Origin: Chiloscyllium plagiosum
Lineage: Eukaryota
Length of the DNA stretch: 64,000 nt
Assembly: GCF_004010195.1 (NCBI RefSeq)
Contig: NC_057750.1
Coordinates: forward strand, 9,620,062-9,684,061
Direction of reading: 5' to 3'
In this document: positions 50,816 to 61,462 of the stretch, in pieces
How the letters are laid out: each line of letters starts with the position of its first letter
Numbering within the stretch: the first letter of the stretch is position 1
Notes under the pieces: generated by a model
What the model was told of the DNA's origin: nothing
Database searches by the model: none
What the model saw: only the letters and a program-made list of their open reading frames with translations
Translations under genes and position numbers: made by a program

Positions 50816-51964
50816 TAATAGCAGCATTTTGTACAAGATGCGCTGCAGAAATTCACCAAAGATCCCGGGACAGAACCTTCCAAACCCACAACCACTTCCA
50901 TCTCGAAGGACAAGGGCAGCAGATACATGGGAACACCACCTCCTGCATGTTCGCCTCCAAGCCACTCATCATCCCGACTTGGAAATATATTGTAGTTCCT
51001 TCAGCATCACCCAGTCAAAATTCTGGAATTCCCAAGGAGAAAGTGAGGACTGCAGATGCTGGAGATCAGAGTCGAGAGTGTGGTGCTGGAAAAGCACAGC
51101 AGGTCAGGCAGCATCTGAGGAGCAGGAGAATCGACTTTTCGAATATAAGCCCTTCATCAGGATTGGATGATGGCCTTACTCCTGAAACATCAATTCTGCC
51201 TCTCAGAGGCTGCCTGACATGCTGTGTCCTTCAAGGATTCCTTCCCTAATGGCAACCCACAGCACATGGACTGCGGTGGTTCAGGAAGGCAGCTCATCCC
51301 CCCACCTTCTCAAGGGGCAACTGGGGTCGGGCAATAAATGTAGGCCCAGCCAGCGGCGACAAAATCCCGAGTGAATAAAAGAAAATTGCCTCAGAAAGCA
51401 GACATATGTGTGCGGATTGTCTACCCCAGACATCGCTTGAGATGTGAAAGCCATTCTAAGAATTGTAGGCAAGCTTAACTCTGTGATCAATTTAAAACAT
51501 TGGCTTGGTGTGTTGCAACTCAACACATTTGGATTGACTCATTTCCTGTGCTGATTTGTTCCACAGTTGTGTTTCCATTGAGAAACCTCCAACAGCTCAC
51601 TCATTTCCAACTCTCTGCTACATTTGCAAAGGCTGAAGTTTTTAACCGTATTGTTTCCCAAGGTACATTGCATCTCCAAGTTCCACCTCTGTCACATTTC
51701 TGTGTTCATTTCCTTCACATTATAGGCCCCTTATGGAAATTTCCTATGTCAACATGTCACATGCAATACCCTCTTCCACCAAAGGTGGCACTATCTCTTT
51801 TATATTGCATTTTTTTATCTTTTGTTTTTATTAAAGTTAAGTAAAACACACTGAAGTACTTTAAGATAAACAGTTATTTCCTGAGAATGATGAAATCTGT
51901 TGTGAATTGCTTAAGCCTTGATTAGCAGTCAGTCAGGCAAATGGCTCACTTTGGTAATTTAATT

Positions 51965-52453
51965 AGAATCACAGCATCCCTATCATGTGGAAACAGGCCC
52001 TTCGGCCCAACAAGTCCACGCTGACCCTCTGAAGAGTAACCCATCCTGACTCTTTCCCCTAACTAATGTACCTAACCTACTCATTCCTGAACACTATGGA
52101 CATCTTAGCGTGGCCTAACCTGCACATCTTTGGATTGTGGGAGGAACCTGGAGCACCTGGAGGAAACCCAAGCAGACATGGGGAGAATGTGCAAACTCCA
52201 CACAGACAGTCTGCCCAAGGGTGGAATCGAACCCAGGTCCCTGGTCCCCTAACTAATGTACCTAACCTACTCATTCCTGAACACTATGGACATCTTAGCG
52301 TGGCCTAACCTGCACATCTTTGGATTGTGGGAGGAACCTGGAGCACCCGGAGGAAACCCAAGCAGACATGGGGAGAATGTGCAAACTCCACACAGACAGT
52401 CGCCCGAGGGTGGAATCGAACCCAGGTCCCTGGCGCTGTGAGGCGGCAGTGCT
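51965..52453 (-). mobile_element. HE1-type V-SINE with 190-bp internal tandem duplication
   Basis: 52056-52245 is repeated at 52246-52435. Confidence 0.9.
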
Positions 52454-53851
52454 AACCACTGAGCCACTGTGCCACTGCACAGGATTAATTGAGGATTGCA
52501 TACATTTTGGGACCACTTGTGAAAAAATGGGGGCACGATTATTGGTCCTGGTTAAGTTGTAACAAGTTCCGCAGAAGAGTCACACCGAAGCCGAAACATT
52601 AACTCTGGTCCTCTCCCCATGGATGCTACCAGACCTGCTGAGTTTATCCAGCATTGTGTGTATGTGTGTTGGGTGATTTCCAATATTTATAGTATTTTGC
52701 CTTTACACTCTGTAAGTCACTCCTCCCTTGAAAATGGATCAGCCCTTGCGAGCGGCGAAAGTGTTTGGGCTAATGAAGGCTTCTCAATGGAAGCACAACT
52801 ATGGAACAAATCAACAAAGGAAATGAGTCAATTCAAATGTGTTGAGTTGCAAAATACCAAGCCAACGTTTTTAATTGATCTCAAATTTAACGTTTGCCTA
52901 CAATTCTTAGAAGGCTGTCCTCATCTAGAGAGAGATTTGAGACAGGTAATATATATGATTGCACTTGCATTGTGAAAAGTACTTTTCCTGGAACTGGTAA
53001 GTAGACTGAAATGTTAGCATGAGAGACTCCACTCTGCATCAAGCATGTCTGACCAGCAGCTGGCATGGGCTTCTGGGAGAAAAACTCACAAGTTGACATC
53101 GCTCAAAACATTAACTCTGTTTCCCTCTCCGTGGATGCTGAGTTTCTCCAGCATGGTCTGCCTTTATCTCAGACTGCCAGCATCTGCAGTGGTTTGCCTT
53201 TCCAGTCTGTAAGTCACGCCTAACCAATGTGATGCTCCTTTAACAAGATTATGTTGTCCTTGGTGGGGTTTTTTTTTCAAAAGGGGTCGTAAAAGCCAGA
53301 GGTTCCAGTGTGTCTGTGATAAGGCCACTTTGATTATGGCGGACAGATACTGTCTCAGGCAACAATCAGGGAAAAGGACTTTCAGATTTGTTTTTTAAAA
53401 ACGCGTGTACAATGAAAGGGGAGTGGTCACTTCCATCAGTTCAGGGATTTCCTAATTTGGTTTAGTTTTTAGCTGGGCACCCCGAGGAGCTGCTGGGGTA
53501 AAAAAAGAGCTTCCATGGTTCAGCCAATGATCCCTGGCTGATCCTCTCTGTAATCTCTCTAAGAACCTGGGTTTGAATTTACTTAGAACATAGAACGTTG
53601 CAGCGCAGCACAGGCCCTTCGGCCCTCGATGTTGAGCCGCCCTATGAAACCAATCTGAAGCCCATCTAACCTACACTATTCCATTCTCGTCCATATACCT
53701 ACCCAACGACCATTTAAATGCCCTTAAAGTTGGCGAGTCTGCTACTGTTGCAGGCAGTGTGTTCCACACCCTGACTACTCTCCGAGGAAGCTGAAAATGT
53801 GTTGCTGGAAAAGCGCAGCAGGTCAGGCAGCATCCAAGGAGCAGGAGAATC

Positions 53852-53879
53852 GACGTTTCGGGCATGAGCCCTTCTTCAG
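53852..53879 (-). ncRNA. Minimal hammerhead motif, intact core
   Basis: CTGAAGA-A-GGGC-TCAT-GCCC-GAAA-CGTC on the minus strand. Confidence 0.75.
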
Positions 53880-53888
53880 GAATCATTC

Positions 53889-53916
53889 CTGAAGAAGAGC
53901 TCATGCCCGAAACGTC
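53889..53916 (+). ncRNA. Minimal hammerhead motif, one stem II mismatch
   Basis: CTGAAGA-A-GAGC-TCAT-GCCC-GAAA-CGTC. Confidence 0.65.
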
Positions 53917-55194
53917 GATTCTCCTGCTCCTTGGATGCTGCCTGACCTGCTGCGCTTTTCCAGCAACACATTTTCAGCTCTGATCTCCAGCATCTGCAGT
54001 CCTCACTTTCTCCTACTCTCTGCGAAGGGATGTGTTTATGAGATGGTGCAAGAAAATGAAAAAGCTCTTTGTTAAGTTGCAGGGGACATGGGGTCGGTCA
54101 GGTTTTCAAATAGTCATTATTGTAAATTCTCTTCACGTTTGCTTGTGTTTCATTCAGTAGCCTCCTGTTTCATTTAAAACTCAGTGGTTAGGTCAGCTGC
54201 ATCGCTCCTGGACTATCCACCTGCTTAAAGCAACTAGAAAAGTTAGGCTACCTTCTTGAAATGTTTCGAGGGGGTCTGGCCTAGTCTTTAACACCAAGAA
54301 TGCACAGTCCGATAATTGATCCCATTGTTGTCTGACTCATGGACCTGCCCCGTTGCATTTTCCACGCTGTTATTTCGACGTTCATGATCAGCTGTTTTGA
54401 TGACCGTGCTGGATTTTTGGGAGCTTTCTCCAGAGTTAGAGTGAGCTCACTTTCAACTGTGCAATGTTGAGTGAATAGTAAATATTGACCAGGGCCCTGA
54501 GGATAATAGCACTAGCCTTTGCTGAATTAGTGGCAGAAGAGCTTTACACCCGTCCAAGTTGTCAGACATGACTTGGGTTTAATATCTGATCCAAAGCATG
54601 GGTGGAATCAGACTTGGACATAGAATTTCGTGACTCAGAGCCTCAGCTGATACTGGGTGCCAAGTGCTGGCTAACTCAGCTTAGACAGAGGATGCCTGGA
54701 AGGTAGTACCTTGGCTCAGTATCACAAGCACAACATCGGAAATTGTGTTTGTGAAAGGAATTCAGTCCTTTTTCACAAAATCATTGTGCAACCAATTCCA
54801 CTGAAGGCACACGCACAACCTGAGCAGTTTCCAAAAGGAAAATTAACAGCCTGGCGGTCTGAAAGCGGCCCTGATCAGCTCAAAACCAGAACTCTGATAT
54901 TTTTCACCGACATTTCAGAATTAAAGGGCTACGTTTCAAAAGAGTTGGGAGGCAGAGAGTTAGAATTCATTGCAGCATCAATGTTTATTTGTTTTACAAA
55001 CTGAGAAAGGTAGAATCCCCACAGATTGGGAGCAGGCCCGTGGGCCCATTGAGGCCAATCCAAGCCCCCAAAGGGCATCCCACCCAGACCTACCCCCCTT
55101 ACCCCATCCCTGTGACTCTGCATTTCCTATGGCTAACCCACATAGCACAGTGACAAAGGAACTTTACTTTTAGTTTAAAAGAGTTGGGAGATCT

Positions 55195-55590
55195 TCACCT
55201 TGTATCTAACCCCATGCTGTCCCTGTCCTGGGAGTGTTTGATGGGGACAGTGTAGAGGGAGCTTTACTCTGTATCTAACCCCATGCTGTCCTTGTCCTGG
55301 GAGTGTTTGATGGAAGACAGTGTAGAGGAAGCTTTACTGTGTATCTAACCCCCATGCTGTCCCTGTCCTGGGAGTGTTTGATGGGGTCAGTGTAGAGGGA
55401 GCTTTACTCTGTATCTAACCTTGTGCTGTCCCTGTCCTGGGAGTGTTTAATGGGGGACAGTGTAGAGAGAGCTTTACTCTGTATCTAATCCCATGCTGTC
55501 CCTGTCCTGGGACTGTTTGATGGGGGACAGTGTAGAGGGAGCTTTACTCTGTATCTAATCCCATGCTGTCCCTGTCCTGGGAGTGTTTGA
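55195..55590. repeat. ~69-bp minisatellite (~5.7 units), same family as 16870-17383
   Basis: tgtatctaaccccatgctgtccctgtcctgggagtgtttgatggggacagtgtagagggagctttactc. Confidence 0.95.
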
Positions 55591-55611
55591 AATGCAAGCT
55601 TAACTCTATAT

Positions 55612-55968
55612 CATAGAATCCCTATATTGTGGAAGCAGGCCATTCAGCCCATCGAGTGCACACCGACCCTCTGAAGGGCATCCCATCCAGACCCACCCCC
55701 TTACACCATCCCTCTAAACATGCATTTCCCATGGACAGTCCACCTAATCTGCACATTCCTGGGGACTATGGGCAAGTTTAGCACGGTCAATCCACATGAA
55801 CCTGCACATCTTTGGACTATGAGGGGAAACCGGAGCACCCGGAGGAAACCCACTCAGACACGGGGAGAATGTGCAAACTCCACACAGACAGTTGCCTAAG
55901 GCTGGAATCAAACCTGGGACCCTGTGCTGTGAGGCAGCGATGCTAACCACTGAGCGCCCGTGCTGCCC
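55612..55968 (-). mobile_element. HE1-type V-SINE
   Basis: Full reverse copy. Confidence 0.85.
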
Positions 55969-56752
55969 ACATTGCTGGTTTTCTGTCTTTTTCTCACACA
56001 GAGAGCAGGAGAGCTCGAGTGTGAGATAGTTGCTCTCTGTTGACAGACTCTGAATGTTCCTTTCTCTGTTGCCCTGTGGCACTTCCAGTTTTTAACTCTC
56101 TACGGCTCCACCCAATCAGAGGACTGTCATCAGGCAAACTTCCCTGAACTGAAAAGGCTCTCGGTGCAGTTCAGTCTCAAATCCTCCCCCTCACTGCCTC
56201 AGAAAGCAGCAGTGTATCATGTAAAACATACAGCGCGTGGTCTTCAAGTTGCAAACCTGCTCTGGATATTCAGCTGCGCACCAGCCCAACTTCTAACTCA
56301 ACTTATAACTCAAAGGAAGGAAAATAAGTGGCTCTTACAAACTCCGTGCTGTTGGTTTGTAAGGGAACAAGAGCCCAACTTGTGGCAATCATTGACAAAA
56401 GTTTCTCAGTGGCAAGTGAAGATGTGGACTTCCCTCCAGATTCAGTTATGATGATCCTCATGATCAAACAGCCGGCCAGGCTCAGGTAGAATTGCCATTT
56501 GATTGAATTTCCCCATGTTAAGTGCAATGTTGACAGCACTATCATGTGGACTCTGCATACCCAAACATCACACTCAGTCTTCACCTCAGCTCTATCAGGA
56601 GCAGATAGAGGACTCGCAGCACGCATTTCTGCATTTGATTTCAATTATAGGCCCCTATTTCTGTGCTTAATGTAAATTTCCTATGTAAACACATCACAGT
56701 AATTACACTATTCCACCAGAGGTGGCAGTCCAATTCTTTCATTCGTCTCTGT

Positions 56753-57189
56753 GGGGTGTAGGACCATTCGGCACAGCCACTTTGGCGTGAGCAATTCGGC
56801 GCGGCTGGTTTGGCGCGACCCATTTCGGCGCGAGCGATTCGGCGCAGCTCTTATTTATTCCTTTTCAGGCTTACTTACAAGCATTCATGAATGCAATAAA
56901 AAGAAAAATAATGTTTATCCTCTTCAGTAAAAATGTCAAAAAGAAAATAAAAATGAAAGAAGTAAGGCAAATACAAAATTGTTGATGGCATTTTAACGGA
57001 TTTTATTTTATTTTAGTAATTTGTATATTAATATGTTTTATTTTAATATATTTTAATAATTTTAATAATAGTAGTTTAATAACTACTACTGAATAACTAC
57101 AAAACAGTTCTGCGCTGAAAAGGGTCTGCGCCAAACCGACCACGCTGAATTGCTCGCGCCAAAGTGGCTGCACCGAATGGTCCCACTCC
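56753..57189. mobile_element. Non-autonomous Mutator/foldback-like DNA transposon
   Basis: ~85-bp TIRs beginning GG with ttcggcgcg sub-repeats, AT-rich core, 9-bp TSD cgtctctgt/agtctctgt. Confidence 0.8.
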
Positions 57190-57785
57190 AGTCTCTGTGT
57201 GTTGAGATTGGGAAAACAGGAATGAGGATTATTTAGAGTCATAGAGATATTCAGCATGGAAACAGACTCTTGTCCAACTTGTCCATGCCGACCAGATATC
57301 CTAACCTAATCTAGTCCCATTTGCCAGCACTTGGTCCGTGTCCCTCTAAACCCTTCCTATCCATGTACCCATCCAGATGTCTTTTCAATGTTGTAATTGT
57401 ATCAGCGTCCACCACTTCCACTGGCAGCTCATTCCATATGATTTGAAGGTGACTTTGTAGAGTCAGAGAGCACGGAGACAGACCCTTCGGTCCAACCAGT
57501 CCATGCAGACCATAAGCCCAAACTAAACTAGTCCCACCTGCTTGTTCCTGGTTCATATCCCTCCAAATCTTTCCTATTCATTTATTTATCCAGAAGAATA
57601 ATGCTAACTTATGAGGCTGGGCTTGTGCATGTGACTTCTATTGCACTGCCTGAAGACTGAGTAAAGGCCATGGGACTATTCAAATGGAAAGCTGCCACAC
57701 TCCTGGTCTCACATAGACTGATGGTGAGTGACCTTAGCTAATGTGGGAACTGAGCCCACGCTGTGGATGACATATTGTGTTGTGG

Positions 57786-57975
57786 TTGAGAGTGTGTGTT
57801 GCTGGAAAAGCACAGCAGGTCAGGCAGCATCCGAGGGGCAGGAGAATCAACGTTTCAGGTCAGAGCCCAACATCGATTTTCCTGCTCCTCGGATGCTGCC
57901 TGACCTGCTGTGCTTTTCCCAGCAATACACACTCTCAGCTCTGATCTCCAGCATCTGCAGACCTCACTGTCTCCT
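57786..57975. mobile_element. PLE family A inverted micro-element with 14-bp TSD
   Basis: atattgtgttgtgg at 57772-57785 and 57976-57989. Confidence 0.85.
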
Positions 57976-58831
57976 ATATTGTGTTGTGGACCAGCAGTCT
58001 AAACTAACTGACCACCTTGTTTATGGGTCTGAGAGTTGATTGACAGCAGTTCAAGAGAAACTCCCTTAACAATACATCAATATTCCATTCTATCTTCCTT
58101 CATCTGATGTTGGCTTCCACCCTCCTTCTATGTGTTTGTCTGGGGCTGGGTGGCTGGCTGGGCAGGAGGTGTCTCTCTCTTGAAAGTGAGCGGCAATGCC
58201 AATGGCACCTGGAACAATGCAATCCAGCCATTAAATGGACAACCCAATGGACAGCAATCGCACCTCTCAGCCAGATGGTTGCAAGTTCAATTCCCACACA
58301 GGAGCCTTGAGCTGACATGCCAATGTAAGACCAAGACAAAGTGGCCCTGCTCGCAGCGTTACCTTTCGAAGCTCTATCTATTCTCTGAGGATGATGGAAA
58401 AACTCTAATGACACGCCCTCAAAACATATGAAGAAGAAGATAATCCAGACGCCAACATATTCTTATTTTAAAGGTAAGCGCAAGGTGTTTTAAGGTGAGA
58501 GGAGAGAGAATTAAGAAGGGCATGAGGGGCAACTTTTTTCCACAGAGGGTGGTTCGAGTGTGGAGTGAACTTCCTGAGGAAGTGGTGGATGTGGGTACAG
58601 TTACAATGTTTAAAAGACATTTGGCTAAGTGAGATATGGGCCAGGAACAGGGCAAGTGGGGCTAGTTTAGTTTGGGATTATGTTTGGCATGGACTGGTTG
58701 GGCTGAAGGGTCTGTTTCTGTGCTCTATGACTCTATGGTTGATCAAACCACAAGGCTTGAAACCATACTTTATTCATTCACTATAATTAAAATACAGACA
58801 AAATAAAAAGAACTGGCTTAACTCTATCTCT

Positions 58832-59635
58832 GTCGAAGAGTGAGGTGCTGGAAAAACAAAGCTGGTCAGGCAACATCTGAGGAGCAGGAGAGTCAATGTT
58901 TCGGTCATGAGCCCTTCATCAGGAACAAGGGGCAGCCCAAAGGGGGCTGAGAGATAAATGAGAGGGGATGGGTCTGAGGGAAAGGTAGCTGGGAGCGTGA
59001 TAGGTGCATGAAGGTGGGGGTGAAGGTGATAGGTCAGAGAGGAGGGTGGAGCTGATAGGTGGGAAGGCAGATGGACAGGTAGGACAGGTCATGAGGGCGG
59101 TTCCGAGTTGGAAGGTTGGATCTGGGATAAGGTGGGGGGAGGGGAGATGAAGAAACTGGAGAAATCCACATTGATCCCATATGGTTGGAGTGTCCCAAGG
59201 TGGAAGATGAGGGGTTCTTCCTCCCAGCATCAGGTGGTTAGCATTTGACAGAGGAGGAGACCTAGGACCTGCATATCCTTGACGGAATGGGAAGGGTGTT
59301 CAGTCATGGGGCGGTGGGGCTGCTTCGCGCATATGTCCCGGAGATGTTCTCTGAAGTGTTCTGCAAGTTGGCGTCCTGTCTCCCCAGTGTAAAGGAGACC
59401 ACATCTGTAGCAACACATACAGTAGATGATGTGTGTGGGAGTGCAGGTAAATCTCTGACGGATGTGGAAGGCTCCTTTGGGGCCTTGGATGAAGATAAGG
59501 GGGGGAGGTGTGATGAAGAGCTTATGCTCAAAGCGTTGACTCTCCTGCTCCTCAGATGCTGCCTGACTGGCTGTGTTTTTCCAGCACCACAGTCCTCGAC
59601 TCTGAGCTCCAGCATCTGCAGTCCTCACTTGCTCC
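58832..59635 (-). mobile_element. Penelope-like element: GIY-YIG remnant with family A termini in inverted orientation
   Basis: FHIRQRFTCTPTHIIYCMCCYRCGLLYTGETGRQLAEHFREH; family A arms at 58838-58925 and 59511-59635; near-TSD cttaactctatctct/cttaaatgtatctct. Confidence 0.85.
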
Positions 59636-60078
59636 CTTAAATGTATCTCTACTGATATACTTAATGGAATAATAGATGCAGTAACTATTACTAATGAACT
59701 GTTCAAACATCGAAACATTCCATAAACACGCCCTTGGCAAAGGCGAATTCAATAAGATAGATTGTCTCACATGCAATTCTAGCAGCAGGAGGAGAACCCC
59801 AGCTTTTAGCTGAAACAGAGAGAGGGATAGGAGCTTCCACATCCAGCTTTAAGACCCCAGCAACTGCAGAAAGCTAAAATTAAATAGCCTGGTTCTGGCA
59901 GAGATTGACCCCACCCATTCAGACTGCTTCTATTGTTCCAGCTTGAAAAAAACACTCAGGACCTCACAAACTGTTCACTCTATTGGTATTGGAGCAGACT
60001 GTTCAGTGCTTGTGTCTCAACCTTTCTTCATTAAAAAACAGGACAAAATGCACCTCTTAAAGCCATATTATCATCACA
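59636..60078 (-). mobile_element. LTR-like relic related to 20280-20912 (target of the Penelope insertion)
   Basis: caggacaaaatgcacctcttaaagcc...atcatcaca is similar to the reverse complement of the 20280 LTR start. Confidence 0.5.
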
Positions 60079-60149
60079 TACATATTACCGTCTCCCTAGT
60101 CCACTGACCAACATTTAATCTCCAATCAAAATAACCACAAGGGTTATAG

Positions 60150-61042
60150 AGTAGAAAAGCAGGGAGATTATGACAAAGTTCAATAGGGTACTCGGTAGAC
60201 CTCAGCTGGAGTACTGTGTACTGTACTGTTCTGGGTGCCACACCGTAGGAAGGATGTGAATGCACCAGGGAGAGTGCTGAAGAGGTTGACACGAATGTTT
60301 CCAGGGATAGGGAAGGGGAGTCCAAAACTAGAGGGCATTAGTTTAAGGTGAGAGGAGAAAGACTTAAAAAGGACCTGAGGGGCAACGTTTTGACACAGAG
60401 GGTGGTGCGTGTATGGAATGAGCTGCCAGAGGAAATGGCAGAGGCTGGTACAATTACAGCATTTAAAAGTCATTTTGGATGGGAAGGTTTGAAGAGATAT
60501 GACCCAAACACAGGCAAATGGGACTCATTCAGTTTGGGAAGTCTGGTCAGCATGGACTATTTGGGCTGAAGGGCCTGTATGGATCTATAAGAAACGCCAG
60601 TTATGAGGGAATGTCCAGGAAATCAGTGAGGCCACTTTTGGAATACTGCGTTCAATTCTGGTCTCCCTGCTATGGGAAGGACGTTGTGAAACTTGAAAGG
60701 GTTCAGAAAAAATTTACAAAGATGTGGCCAGGGTTAGAGGGTTTAAGCTACAGGGAGAGATTGAACAGGCTGGGGCTGTTTTCGCTGGAGCATCGGAGGC
60801 TGAGGGGTGACCTTATAGAGGTTTATAAAATCATGAGGGGCACGGATAAGGAAAATAGACAAGGTCTTTTCCCCAGGGTAGGGGAGTCCAAAACTAGAGG
60901 GCATAGGTTAAAGGTGAGAGGGGAAGATATGAAAGGGACCTAAGGGGCAACTTTTCACATAGAAGGCGGTACGTGTATGAATGAGCTCCCAGAGGAAGTG
61001 GTGGAGGCTGGTACAATTACAGCATTTAAAAGACATCTGGAT
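60150..61042 (+). mobile_element. Two tandem CR1 3' fragments
   Basis: [14 protein letters not shown]...RTRGH peptides. Confidence 0.85.
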
Positions 61043-61151
61043 TTTTTTTTCAGATTTTGTCGCAATTGATACAACTAAATGGCTTGTTAGGCAATTTCAG
61101 AGGGCAGTTGAGAATTAACCACATCACTGTGGGTCTGAAGTCATTTTTTCT

Positions 61152-61462
61152 TTAGATTAGATTCCCTACAGTGTGGAAACAGGCCCTTCGGCCCAACCAA
61201 TCTACACCAACCCTCCGAAGAGTAACCCACCCAGACCCATTTCCCTTTGAATGATTCACCTAACACTAGGGGCAATTTAGCATGGCCAATCCCACCCTAA
61301 CCTGCACATCTTTGGACTGTGGGAGGAAACCGGAGCACCCGGAGGAAACCCACACAGACATGGGGAGAATGTGCAAACCCCCACACAGACAGTCGTTGAA
61401 ATCGAACCTGGGACCCTGGCGCTGTGAGGCAGCAGTGCTGACCACTGAGCCACCATGCCGCC
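61152..61462 (-). mobile_element. HE1-type V-SINE
   Basis: Full reverse copy with (tagat)n tail. Confidence 0.85.

Larger units (their letters stand above)
53789..54014. mobile_element. PLE family A near-perfect palindrome with two divergent hammerheads
   Basis: Arms 53789-53883 and 53885-53979 are reverse complements with one visible mismatch, followed by the family tail. Confidence 0.9.
53228..54293 (+). mobile_element. Solo LTR with perfect 4-bp TSD, containing nested CR1 and PLE insertions
   Basis: ccaa|TGTGA...TAACA|ccaa; CR1 tail at about 53584-53788 inside. Confidence 0.7.
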
